Below are positions 9,072 through 18,694 of a stretch of DNA of 41,990 bases, piece by piece. Source of the stretch: a virus (lineage: Duplodnaviria > Caudoviricetes). How positions within the stretch are numbered: position 1 is the first letter of the stretch; every line of letters starts with the position of its first letter. The stretch spans positions 1-41,990 of IMG/VR virus record IMGVR_UViG_3300042868_009723; one strand, given 5' to 3'. The notes beneath the pieces are model-generated. The model was not told where the DNA came from. It saw nothing but the letters and a program-made list of their open reading frames with translations, and did not search any database. Both the position numbers and the translations under genes were made by a program.

Positions 9072-11786
9072 GTGGCTGAAGATAACAACAAAGTAATTAT
9101 TTCCCGTATTCAAAATCGTAGGGGTCTAAAGCAAGACCTTCCGCAACCTTTACGTCCGGGTGAACTTGGATTCGCTTATGACACCCGTCAGGTGTTTATT
9201 GGTGCTGATCCTAGTGACGCAATCAGTGGTGGTTATAATACACAAAGTATTTTTGAAACTACAGTCGGTGCTAAGGATTTTACTTCTAGTATTGCTAACA
9301 ATAACATTGTTGCTTTTACTGTTCCATTTAAAAAGTACGGAAAAGGCTTTTTTGATGGCATTACTAAAATAGTAAGTTATCTACCTAGCGCAAACACTAC
9401 GTCAAGTTCAAACCTAAAGATATTCCCTTCAAATACACTAATAAGTACAACTGCTGTACCTAACGCAAATATCACATCAAACGTAATTACGCTTTCGGCA
9501 TCACCTAATGTGTTTATTACAGTAGGAGATATTGTCACTGGTTCAGCAGTTAACACCTTTATTACTGTAGAAGCAATTTCGGGTAATACTGTTACCCTTT
9601 CAAATAATGTTAGCGTAACAACAGCAAATACACTAACCTTTGTTCCTAACAATCTTGTAAATGCTGAAACAAATTTACCATTTAAAGCAGCAGACTTACT
9701 TGTTACCAAGAACGGAGTAGTGATTGCCGGCGATAGCAGCAATACCACGCCCGCAGCAGCGTATGAATATAGTTTTGCAGCCAACACATCAGCTGCAAAT
9801 ACTCATATTGTAACATTTAGATCAGCACCGCTTGCTTCTGAAGAAGTTACAATATGCTACTACAGCAATACAGCAATTATTCAAGCTATCGAAGGTATTA
9901 CTGTACAAAGTAATACTGCGTTGAACGGAAACATTTCTTTATATAATGTTGGTCCCAAAGCTTTCCCAAGTTTTTATACTGCATACAGTATTCCTCCATA
10001 TAGACAAATTCCTAGAGAATTAATCACAGTAAGCTCTACAACCGGCACAGGCTTTATTGGTTTACAAAATAAACATATTGCTGTAAATGCTGACAGCGGA
10101 GAAATAGATTCACCAACCAGTCTCTCATTAGGTAATTTATTATTAAGCAGAAGTGACTGGAGTGCGAGCTCTAACGTTACACCCAACACTGCTAACATTG
10201 TATTCACAGTTGGAACTGTACCTACATATAATGTAGCTGGTCCTTACAATTATATCTATGTTGACAATACAGTAGGATATCTAAATGGTAAGGTGTTTCA
10301 AATCTCACAATTTAGTAATGTAACACCTAGCGTAACTGTAGCAATGCCTTCAAATGCGTTCAGCATAGCAAGATCAGTTACAGCTAATGCCGCAGGAACA
10401 GGAGCCAATACTACTGTTACTCTTACTGGTAATGTCGCTGGCGTGAGCCAAAGTGCAAATATTTTAATTGTTGATGGTAGTAATACTAGTGGACTATCAG
10501 GTAAAGTAGTTGTAGTAGCAAATGACCCCGCAACAGGTGTAATTACTTTTAATACAGGCGCCTCACCATTTTTATCAAACGCGAATGTTCAATATATTAA
10601 CTATGGCGACGATGTTACTGGTAACACTAGGGTTCAAGTTTTTAGCTCACTGCATGGATACAGTAGTGTTACTTCTGACCAAGCAAATATTACATCTTCT
10701 AATACTTCAGCAATTGCTAATGCTACATTCAGTGTGCTGTCACCTGTTACTCAAAACACTTTCTTTATAGATCCAACTGCTCCGGCAACAGGAAATATAA
10801 CCGGTTTGCTTTCACCTAATCTAAATCCTGGCACAGTTGATGTGACTCCTGTTAGAAGTATTGATTTAAGCAGTAACACTACACTAGCTGAAATTTCATC
10901 GACTGTAAATGACTTAGATGATTGGCCGTTCTTAGGTATTATTCCTGATAGCGAAAATAAAATTTATATTACTCACAAACCTGAATATACTAGTGTAGGG
11001 TTAGACTTCCGACTACACGAAGATTACAATCAACCTACTCTCAGTGAGCTTTCCTTAACTGCCAGTGAATATACTAGAGACGACACAGTTAAAGCTAAAT
11101 TAGAAAAATGGATGAACAGTTGTTTGGAAAGCGATTTAGTTGATTTATTCTCTACTGCTGGTGTAGGTGTTAAGTACGCTACTAACTCAACCCTAACAAG
11201 ATCTGTAGGCCAGTATCAAGCAGCAATAAATAACACCTATGACGAAATTGATTTTTCTAGCAGAGAAGAAGCACGAGACTTCAACAAACTTGTAAACACA
11301 ATTTTCTTTGAGCGACCAGATCCAGATAATGAAAATATCAAAGGTCTAGTAAATCTAAAAACAAATATTGAATTACAGACTCGTTCTAGTGTTGCATTAG
11401 GTGATAGAACTGTATCATACGCAGAATTGAATTCGGCAAGTATCCCTTCCGGAGGCGGCAACATTAGCAGCTTAACACAAAGCGTTGATGTATACGATAC
11501 GTATCAAATTGATTATAGTATTACTGAAGCAAGCTCTGTGATAGTTACGGGTGAAAACTATCAGCGGATTGGTACAATGTTTGTTTCGGGTAGAACTGAA
11601 TTTAATGGCGGAAGCGGTGCAGTGCTATTCCAAGATGTGGCTAGTGAAATGATTGATACAGGTCTTTCCGGCAATGTAACATTTACTGCATCACTAGTTG
11701 GAACCAATATCATTTTTAATGTAACCAATTCAGTGGGTCGCGAATTAGCAATGAAATATATTGTTAAACGTTGGAGTTCATTATAA
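9072..11786 (+). CDS. 904-aa virion structural protein (tail fibre/baseplate-like)
   Basis: N-terminal SRIQNRRG...LRPGELGFAYDTRQVFIG (Mtd_N/fibre-anchor-like); long S/T/N/V-rich beta-prone body; late promoter. Confidence 0.75.
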   Translation: MAEDNNKVIISRIQNRRGLKQDLPQPLRPGELGFAYDTRQVFIGADPSDAISGGYNTQSIFETTVGAKDFTSSIANNNIVAFTVPFKKYGKGFFDGITKIVSYLPSANTTSSSNLKIFPSNTLISTTAVPNANITSNVITLSASPNVFITVGDIVTGSAVNTFITVEAISGNTVTLSNNVSVTTANTLTFVPNNLVNAETNLPFKAADLLVTKNGVVIAGDSSNTTPAAAYEYSFAANTSAANTHIVTFRSAPLASEEVTICYYSNTAIIQAIEGITVQSNTALNGNISLYNVGPKAFPSFYTAYSIPPYRQIPRELITVSSTTGTGFIGLQNKHIAVNADSGEIDSPTSLSLGNLLLSRSDWSASSNVTPNTANIVFTVGTVPTYNVAGPYNYIYVDNTVGYLNGKVFQISQFSNVTPSVTVAMPSNAFSIARSVTANAAGTGANTTVTLTGNVAGVSQSANILIVDGSNTSGLSGKVVVVANDPATGVITFNTGASPFLSNANVQYINYGDDVTGNTRVQVFSSLHGYSSVTSDQANITSSNTSAIANATFSVLSPVTQNTFFIDPTAPATGNITGLLSPNLNPGTVDVTPVRSIDLSSNTTLAEISSTVNDLDDWPFLGIIPDSENKIYITHKPEYTSVGLDFRLHEDYNQPTLSELSLTASEYTRDDTVKAKLEKWMNSCLESDLVDLFSTAGVGVKYATNSTLTRSVGQYQAAINNTYDEIDFSSREEARDFNKLVNTIFFERPDPDNENIKGLVNLKTNIELQTRSSVALGDRTVSYAELNSASIPSGGGNISSLTQSVDVYDTYQIDYSITEASSVIVTGENYQRIGTMFVSGRTEFNGGSGAVLFQDVASEMIDTGLSGNVTFTASLVGTNIIFNVTNSVGRELAMKYIVKRWSSL

Positions 11787-11798
11787 TTAGGAAATAAT

Positions 11799-12236
11799 AT
11801 GTTCACAAAGACACAGAGTAACTCTGAGCGATTGGCAGCTTGGAGAAAGTTCCGCCAAGAATTTCCTGCTAACGGAACAGCAGATGATGTAATAGATGCG
11901 TTCTCCAAAATTAAAATTGACCGCCGAATACTTGATTACTATACCCCAGAAAATTGGCCCGATCCATTTGAGATTGTAAGTGAGGGACACTTTTGTCAAT
12001 CTGGGTTAACATTGGTCATTGCTAGTACTCTGCTTAATCTTCAACTCATTAAACCCTCTGAATGCAGATTTGATGTGATAAGTAATCACATAACTGGAGC
12101 CGATGGTTTAGTGTTTGTTTATAACGAGCGTGTCTATAATTTCCTGCAGGATTCTATAGTTACCTTAGATTATTGCGAAAACAATTCTACTAAATTTTCC
12201 AGTCATATTATAGCTGTAGATAAACTTGGCTCTTGA
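11799..12236 (+). CDS. hypothetical protein (145 aa), possibly transglutaminase-like cysteine protease fold
   Basis: DYY..NWPDPFEI..G.FC resembles the BTLCP W..P.E....GDC motif; weak. Confidence 0.45.
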   Translation: MFTKTQSNSERLAAWRKFRQEFPANGTADDVIDAFSKIKIDRRILDYYTPENWPDPFEIVSEGHFCQSGLTLVIASTLLNLQLIKPSECRFDVISNHITGADGLVFVYNERVYNFLQDSIVTLDYCENNSTKFSSHIIAVDKLGS

Positions 12237-12261
12237 CAAGATAAGTACAATGCTATATAAT
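12233..12261 (+). promoter_or_regulatory. consensus sigma70 promoter for nrdAB
   Basis: TTGACA-17 nt-TATAAT perfect match. Confidence 0.85.
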
Positions 12262-12319
12262 ACATAATATATACATTCTAGAAACAAAACTCATAATAAC
12301 ACGACAGGAAATATAGTAG

Positions 12320-14617
12320 ATGTCCAAGCCTATTCTAATTGCAAAAAGAGACGGTAGTAAAGAAGAACTAAATCTTGACAAACTTCATAAAGTTGTATTT
12401 CATGCATGTGAAGGTATTACAGGCGTTAGCCCTAGCGAAGTCGAGATTAAAAGCCATATTCAATTTTATAACGGCATCACTAGCAGCGATATTCAGGAAA
12501 CATTAATCAAGTCAGCTGCGGATCTTATCAGCGAGGAAACACCAAACTATCAGTATGTTGCTGGTAGACTAATTAACTATCATTTGCGTAAGCATGTATA
12601 TGGTAGCTTTGATCCTCCGCACTTGTTGAAAATTATCAAAAACAATATCAATAAAGGCTTCTACGATAAAGAAATTCTAGAGTTTTATACAGAAGATGAA
12701 ATCAGCCAGCTAAACGACTATATTAAGCATGAACGCGATAATATGCTTACTTATGCAGCTATGGAACAATTCCGTGGTAAGTATCTTGTACAAAATCGTT
12801 CAACAAATCAAATTTTTGAAACGCCGCAGATTGCTTACATAATGATTAGCGCAACACTGTTTAGCAAGTACCCCAAGGAAACACGTCTACAGTATGTCAA
12901 GGATTATTACGATGCTATTAGTACATTTGACATCAGCTTGCCTACTCCTGTTATGGCAGGTGTTCGTACTCCCCAGCGTCAGTTTAGTAGCTGTGTGCTA
13001 ATTGAAAGCGGCGATAGCTTAGACAGTATTAACGCAACATCTAGTGCAGTAGTTAAGTATGTAAGCCAGAAGGCAGGCATTGGTATTGGAGCAGGCAGTA
13101 TCCGTGCTATTGGATCGCCTATTCGTAGTGGAGATGCTACACATACAGGTGTCATTCCTTTCTACAAGCTATTCCAAGCAGCAGTAAAAAGCTGTAGTCA
13201 AGGCGGAGTCCGCGGCGGCGCAGCGACACTTTATTACCCCATCTGGCATTTAGAAATTGAAGATATGCTGGTGCTAAAGAACAACAAAGGCACAGAAGAA
13301 AACCGTGTTCGTCAAATGGACTACGGTGTGCAGTTTAATAAGTTGATGTATGAGAGATTGATCACCGGGGGTGACATTACACTGTTCTCGCCACATGACT
13401 TACCTGAGATGTACAATGCATTCTTTAACGACCAAGATAAATTCCGCGAGCTTTATGAAACAGCAGAGCGTAACACCCGACTACGCAAAAAGACTGTAAA
13501 AGCAATTGATTTATTCAGTGCATTCGTTCAAGAACGTAAAGACACTGGTCGTATCTATCTAATGAACGTTGACCACGCTAATACACATGGTGCTTTCAAG
13601 GAAGATATCGCTCCTATCAAGCAGAGCAATCTTTGCTGTGAAATCAACTTACCCACTAAGCCACTTAATGACATTAAGGATACTGAAGGTGAAATCAGTC
13701 TTTGCACACTAAGCGCAATCAATTGGGGCAACATTAAGAATCCATCAGATTTTGAAAAAACATGTGAGCTAGCAGTACGTGCGCTAGATGAGTTACTTGA
13801 TTATCAAAGCTATCCTGTTCTTGCCGCTGAACTAAGCACAATGAATCGTCGTCCTTTAGGTATAGGTATTATCAACTTTGCTTATTGGCTAGCTAAGAAC
13901 GATACTAACTATCAGAATCCTAATCTAGAACTTGTAGACGAGTGGGCAGAAGCATGGAGTTACTATCTAATTAAAGCCAGTGTTAAGCTGGCACAAGAAA
14001 AGGCTGCATGCCTTAAGAGCAGTGAAACTAAGTATGCTGCGGGCATCACCCCAAATATGACTTATAAAAAAGAAGTCGACGAGTTAGTAAAGCATCGAGA
14101 GCGTATGGACTGGAAAACTCTACGCAAGGATCTAAAGCAATATGGTGTGCGTAACAGCACACTGATGGCACTTATGCCTGCAGAAACTTCTGCACAGATC
14201 AGCAACAGCACTAATGGCATTGAGCCACCACGCAGTTACGTTAGCATCAAAGGCAGCAAGCACGGGCAACTTAAGCAAGTAGTACCTGGTTATCCTCGCC
14301 TTAAGAACAAGTACGATCTATTGTGGAATCAAAAGAGCCCGGAAGGCTATTTGAAGATTTGTGCAGTGCTTCAGAAGTATATTGACCAAGGCATTAGTGT
14401 AAACACAAGTTACAATCCTCAACATTATGAGGATGAAAAGATTCCGATGAGTCTACTACTACAGCATATTGTAATGTTTTATAAATATGGCGGCAAGCAG
14501 CTATATTACAATAACACCTTTGACGGACAAGGTGAAATGGATATTGAACAAGCCTCTACGCCTTTAGCAGACGATGCTGTTATTCAAGAAGACGACTGCG
14601 ACAGTTGTAAAATTTAA
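12320..14617 (+). CDS. nrdA: ribonucleoside-diphosphate reductase class Ia alpha subunit
   Basis: ATP-cone (KRDG), FSSCVL, SNLCCEI, LYY, C-terminal CDSCKI. Confidence 0.98.
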   Translation: MSKPILIAKRDGSKEELNLDKLHKVVFHACEGITGVSPSEVEIKSHIQFYNGITSSDIQETLIKSAADLISEETPNYQYVAGRLINYHLRKHVYGSFDPPHLLKIIKNNINKGFYDKEILEFYTEDEISQLNDYIKHERDNMLTYAAMEQFRGKYLVQNRSTNQIFETPQIAYIMISATLFSKYPKETRLQYVKDYYDAISTFDISLPTPVMAGVRTPQRQFSSCVLIESGDSLDSINATSSAVVKYVSQKAGIGIGAGSIRAIGSPIRSGDATHTGVIPFYKLFQAAVKSCSQGGVRGGAATLYYPIWHLEIEDMLVLKNNKGTEENRVRQMDYGVQFNKLMYERLITGGDITLFSPHDLPEMYNAFFNDQDKFRELYETAERNTRLRKKTVKAIDLFSAFVQERKDTGRIYLMNVDHANTHGAFKEDIAPIKQSNLCCEINLPTKPLNDIKDTEGEISLCTLSAINWGNIKNPSDFEKTCELAVRALDELLDYQSYPVLAAELSTMNRRPLGIGIINFAYWLAKNDTNYQNPNLELVDEWAEAWSYYLIKASVKLAQEKAACLKSSETKYAAGITPNMTYKKEVDELVKHRERMDWKTLRKDLKQYGVRNSTLMALMPAETSAQISNSTNGIEPPRSYVSIKGSKHGQLKQVVPGYPRLKNKYDLLWNQKSPEGYLKICAVLQKYIDQGISVNTSYNPQHYEDEKIPMSLLLQHIVMFYKYGGKQLYYNNTFDGQGEMDIEQASTPLADDAVIQEDDCDSCKI

Positions 14618-14638
14618 TTAAAAAGTTAGGAATAAATT

Positions 14639-15775
14639 ATGGCTACTTCTGTTTATAATTCTAAAAGTACAAAAGATCACACTCAGTCCAAGATGTTCCT
14701 AGATGCTGACGGCGGCGTTACTATGCAGCGGTATGACGTTTTAAAGTATCGTCAGTTTGATAAAATTACTGAAAAGCAGTTAGGTTTCTTTTGGAGGCCA
14801 GAAGAAGTTGATATTATTCGTGATGCTAAGGATTTTAAGGATCTTACCGAACACGAACAACATATCTTTACTAGTAATCTAAAGCGCCAAATTTTACTTG
14901 ATAGTGTACAAGGACGTAGTCCTAACCTAGCGTTCTTACCTATTGTTGGTATTCCTGAGCTAGAAACATGGATCGAAACTTGGGCATTTAGTGAGACTAT
15001 TCACAGTCGCAGTTATACACATATTATTCGTAACATTTACTCGGACCCAAGTAAGGTGTTTGATGAAATGAGCTCAATGACAGAAATTGTAAGTTGCGCT
15101 GATACTATCAGTAAAAACTATGATAAACTTATTGAAATGAATAGCTGGTACAACCTCCTAGGAGAAGGCACACATACTGTCAACGGTAAGAAGGTAGTTG
15201 TTGACTTATATGAGCTCAAAAAGCAGCTATGGCTATGTTTAATGAGTGTTAATATCTTAGAAGGTGTGCGCTTTTATGTAAGTTTTGCTTGTAGTTGGGC
15301 GTTCGCTGAACTAAAGAAGATGGAAGGCAACGCTAAGATTATTAAGCTAATTGCCCGCGATGAAAATGTTCACCTAGCCAGTACACAACAGATGCTGAAG
15401 TTATTGCCTCAAGACGACAAAGACTTTGAAAAGATTGCTGCTGAGTGTGAAGGACATGCGCTGGAAATGTTTATGGAAGCCGTGCGCCAAGAAAAGGATT
15501 GGGCCGAATATCTGTTCAAAGATGGCAGTATGATTGGCCTCAATGCTGAACTACTCAAGCAGTATGTCGAATGGATTGCTGCAAAGCGTATGCGCTCAGT
15601 AGGATTAACTGTGCCATATGCTACTAGCGCAAGTAATCCCCTACCGTGGACACAAAAATGGATCAGCGGTGGCGAAGTACAAGTAGCACCGCAGGAAACA
15701 GAAATTACAAGCTATGTTATCGGCGGTACAAAACAAGACGTAGATCAGGATACATTTAAAGGATTAAGTTTATAA
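14639..15775 (+). CDS. nrdB: ribonucleoside-diphosphate reductase class Ia beta subunit
   Basis: [34 protein letters not shown]. Confidence 0.98.
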   Translation: MATSVYNSKSTKDHTQSKMFLDADGGVTMQRYDVLKYRQFDKITEKQLGFFWRPEEVDIIRDAKDFKDLTEHEQHIFTSNLKRQILLDSVQGRSPNLAFLPIVGIPELETWIETWAFSETIHSRSYTHIIRNIYSDPSKVFDEMSSMTEIVSCADTISKNYDKLIEMNSWYNLLGEGTHTVNGKKVVVDLYELKKQLWLCLMSVNILEGVRFYVSFACSWAFAELKKMEGNAKIIKLIARDENVHLASTQQMLKLLPQDDKDFEKIAAECEGHALEMFMEAVRQEKDWAEYLFKDGSMIGLNAELLKQYVEWIAAKRMRSVGLTVPYATSASNPLPWTQKWISGGEVQVAPQETEITSYVIGGTKQDVDQDTFKGLSL

Positions 15776-16041
15776 TGCTTACACTATACTCAAAGAACAA
15801 TTGCGGCTATTGCTTACAAGCAAAGGCTCTATTAAAAAACAATGATATTCCGTTTGAGGAAGTAAACATAGATACAGATGACGTTGCTCGAGAGTTTGTC
15901 ATCAACGAAGGTCATAGAACTATGCCTCAGATTTATCGAGAAGGCAAGCTATTTGTTGAAGGCGGATCCGCGGGACTTAACGAATTAGGTGTAGATACTA
16001 TTAAAACTAAACTTGGGCTTACTAGTCTAGGTTCACTATAA
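15775..16041 (+). CDS. glutaredoxin
   Basis: CGYC, RTMPQIY, GG; follows nrdB. Confidence 0.92.
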   Translation: MLTLYSKNNCGYCLQAKALLKNNDIPFEEVNIDTDDVAREFVINEGHRTMPQIYREGKLFVEGGSAGLNELGVDTIKTKLGLTSLGSL

Positions 16042-16057
16042 CCACAGGAAAACACAT

Positions 16058-16372
16058 ATGTTGTATAATATAACAGAATTACTCGGCGAAGTGGTTACAC
16101 TTAAAACCACTAAAGGCGATGAGATTATCGCTACATTGATTGGCTTCGACAAAGAAACTGATACTATGACGTTAGAATATCCTAAGGTAGTTGTCGTAGC
16201 AGGCGACACGGTAGCACTTGCACCTTTTGCATTAACAGCTCGAGCTGATACGATTATCACAGAGGGTAAACAGTTTTTGGCGGTAATGGAGACTTTGGCT
16301 AGTACTGTCGCAGACTACAATGACTTGATCACTGAGCAGAAGGCATTAGAAGCAGCCTCTGACGACGGATAA
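16058..16372 (+). CDS. hypothetical protein (104 aa), possibly Sm-like fold
   Basis: GEVVTLKTTKGDEIIATL resembles an Sm1 strand pattern; AGGA SD. Confidence 0.6.
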   Translation: MLYNITELLGEVVTLKTTKGDEIIATLIGFDKETDTMTLEYPKVVVVAGDTVALAPFALTARADTIITEGKQFLAVMETLASTVADYNDLITEQKALEAASDDG

Positions 16373-16375
16373 ATA
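16370..16375 (+). promoter_or_regulatory. T4-late-like promoter, 5 nt before ATG
   Basis: TAAATA-ttatt-ATG(16381); its TAA is the upstream stop. Confidence 0.65.
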
Positions 16376-16380
16376 TTATT

Positions 16381-16662
16381 ATGCCGGCATTAGGATTAGT
16401 AAAAGGTAGTTTAGTAAAAACTGGGTTAATCACGGGCCCGGGCGCTGTTAAACCGTTAGTTCAAGCTGAGTTTAAGACTGTTAGTATTATAAATGACACA
16501 GTAGCTTCCCATGGTGAGGCTCCACACGCTGCAACTACTATCACTTCCGGAAGCAGTTCTGTATACGCTAATGGACAACCAGTTACTGTAGCAACCGTAA
16601 GCACTGCATTTTGCCAAGATCGAGTTGATACCGGTGCAAAATCGGTATTTGTAGGTCCATAA
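16381..16662 (+). CDS. PAAR-like tail spike tip protein (T4 gp5.4-like)
   Basis: 93 aa, MPA start, H..APH, GSSSVYANGQP, C...TGAKSVFVG. Confidence 0.8.
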   Translation: MPALGLVKGSLVKTGLITGPGAVKPLVQAEFKTVSIINDTVASHGEAPHAATTITSGSSSVYANGQPVTVATVSTAFCQDRVDTGAKSVFVGP

Positions 16663-16671
16663 GGTTTTGTT

Positions 16672-17685
16672 GTGGTTCAACTGATATCAGTTAAAGGCCC
16701 CCACGCAAGACAACCTCATAGCCCAATCCGTGTACAATGGAACATGGGCAATCAATGCAACTTTACATGTGAATATTGTCCTCCCGTTTTACATGACGGA
16801 ACAAAACCATGGTTGCCTTTAGAATCATATATAACTGCGGTTGACCGTATATGCAGTCATTACGCTGATATAGGTAAAAGTGTACACTTTGAACTTATTG
16901 GTGGCGAAGTAACAGTCATGGCTGGCTTCGAAGATATTATACGCAAAATTAATGAATATGGGTGTAGTAGTGTAGCATTTACTAATGCTAGTCGCACTGT
17001 TAACTGGTGGAGTAAAGCAAAGCACTATGTAAATGGTGTTGTTATCACATGGCACCCACAAAGCATGGATAAGCAACATCTTATCAATGTGATTAACGAA
17101 ATCAAAGACTATGTTAACATAGACATTAATATTGCAGGCATTGGCGATAGAATCAACGAGCTAGGCAACGATGTTGAAGAAATACGTGAACTGTTCAAAG
17201 ACTGTGAACGCAACAACTACAATAATGTAAGCATATGCGTTAAGACTATGTATAAGAAGTTGTTGGGCCGCGGCAGTAAACAAGAAACATATTGGCCTTA
17301 TACAGAAGCAGATCTAGAAATTATTAAACGTCCAGGTATCAAACCTTTGCCAATGCCTCCACCTGACCCTAACCAACCTGCGTTCGAACCTGATCCCCGA
17401 GACTGGATGACTGAATTCTTATATGACGATGGCACTGCAAAGTATGTACAAAGTCATCAGATTATCAATGAGGGATTAAACAGTTTTAAAGGTATGCAAT
17501 GCTATTTAGGATTTGAAAGTCTAAACATTGATGCTAGTGGGGATATATACAGTAGTTGGTGCGGTGCAAAACACTTCGGCAACATTGCTACATTACAAAG
17601 CTGGGCGCTGCCTGAAAGCCTAACAGAATGCCCTAACGAATATTGTAACAATATCTCAGACATTGCTATTAGCAAAGTTTGCTAA
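16672..17685 (+). CDS. radical SAM enzyme with C-terminal auxiliary-cluster (twitch/SPASM-like) region
   Basis: CNFTCEYC, GGEV, C..G..SLNIDASGDIY..WC...CPNEYC. Confidence 0.9.
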   Translation: MVQLISVKGPHARQPHSPIRVQWNMGNQCNFTCEYCPPVLHDGTKPWLPLESYITAVDRICSHYADIGKSVHFELIGGEVTVMAGFEDIIRKINEYGCSSVAFTNASRTVNWWSKAKHYVNGVVITWHPQSMDKQHLINVINEIKDYVNIDINIAGIGDRINELGNDVEEIRELFKDCERNNYNNVSICVKTMYKKLLGRGSKQETYWPYTEADLEIIKRPGIKPLPMPPPDPNQPAFEPDPRDWMTEFLYDDGTAKYVQSHQIINEGLNSFKGMQCYLGFESLNIDASGDIYSSWCGAKHFGNIATLQSWALPESLTECPNEYCNNISDIAISKVC

Positions 17686-18639
17686 TATATCGCTATATTG
17701 ATTCTTACTCAAACTATTAAACTCTAACATTTTACTTATATTTGTAAGAGCTGAACAAAGATGCGTGTATTCGGGTTTGATTTTATTAAGGTGCTTTATT
17801 TTACTGAAGGAAAAATTCCAATCAGTACATAGTGCATTTGAAAAAATTTGCAGTAATTCATAGCTAGGAAACACATGTCCGGTTGCACTTATACTAATAC
17901 TGTCGGCAGCTACACTGCTATCTATTTTATAAAATTTTCCAAATTTTAATATAGAATCTCCTGTTACCGGTTTTATGAACTGAATTAGACTATTGTATCC
18001 GTTCACAGTTTGATGAAGATTAGGCCACTTAACAGATGTTGTGTTCTCGTAGCACGAATAAACATCGTATAACCAACAACCATCATAATCCACGATAGGG
18101 GAAAACCCATCCGGATGCAACGCTGTACCTGGTTTTAATTTTAGTTCTAGGGACAGTTCTTTACATAGGGTGTCTAATTGCGGAATTTGATGCACATTAT
18201 GTTCAAAAATATAAAATTCCACACAAACAGTACAATTTAATTTTTTTAAGTTGCTCAGAATCTGATTCCAATTAGAATTTAAAACTACTTTATCAGCTAA
18301 CTCATATATACCGTAGCAAGGAAAAACAATGTATGCTTGTTTGCTGTTTAGTGCTTCGATTAAGGTATCATTATTGAAATTTAAATAACTATTAAAAACC
18401 AGTTTACCTTGATCTAAGTAGTTTACAATCTCTATTATATCTGTGTGCTCACTAGGATCTCCAAATACAGAGATGAAGTTAACAGTATCAGATGATAGTG
18501 ATATTACTTGTTTAACAGTTTCTACGGCTAATTCAGTATTGGGATAATCTCTACGACCAAAGCGATGCTGTACCCATTGTGCTTGCGGCCCTAGTGTATT
18601 GTATACTGCGTTCTTAGTTGTTAAGTCTATATTAATCAT
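17656..18639 (-). CDS. radical-SAM-fold protein lacking the CxxxCxxC motif (pseudoenzyme)
   Basis: INIDLTTKNAVYNTLGP where IELT..CN..C..C is expected; FGDP; IFEHNVHQI; ISATGHVFPS. Confidence 0.55.
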   Translation of the reverse strand: MINIDLTTKNAVYNTLGPQAQWVQHRFGRRDYPNTELAVETVKQVISLSSDTVNFISVFGDPSEHTDIIEIVNYLDQGKLVFNSYLNFNNDTLIEALNSKQAYIVFPCYGIYELADKVVLNSNWNQILSNLKKLNCTVCVEFYIFEHNVHQIPQLDTLCKELSLELKLKPGTALHPDGFSPIVDYDGCWLYDVYSCYENTTSVKWPNLHQTVNGYNSLIQFIKPVTGDSILKFGKFYKIDSSVAADSISISATGHVFPSYELLQIFSNALCTDWNFSFSKIKHLNKIKPEYTHLCSALTNISKMLEFNSLSKNQYSDILANFANSNV

Positions 18640-18672
18640 AAAAAAACCGTGCTAGTATTTAACACGGTTTTT
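18640..18672 (-). terminator. intrinsic terminator-like hairpin with a TAAATA motif in its loop
   Basis: Minus strand AAAAACCGTG-TTAAATACTAG-CACGGTTTTTTT immediately followed by ATG. Confidence 0.7.
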
Positions 18673-18694
18673 CATTATTATATTTAAAATTGAA

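Noticed and set aside
12320-15775. Introns, inteins or homing endonucleases in nrdA/nrdB
   Set aside because: Both ORFs are uninterrupted and of canonical length.
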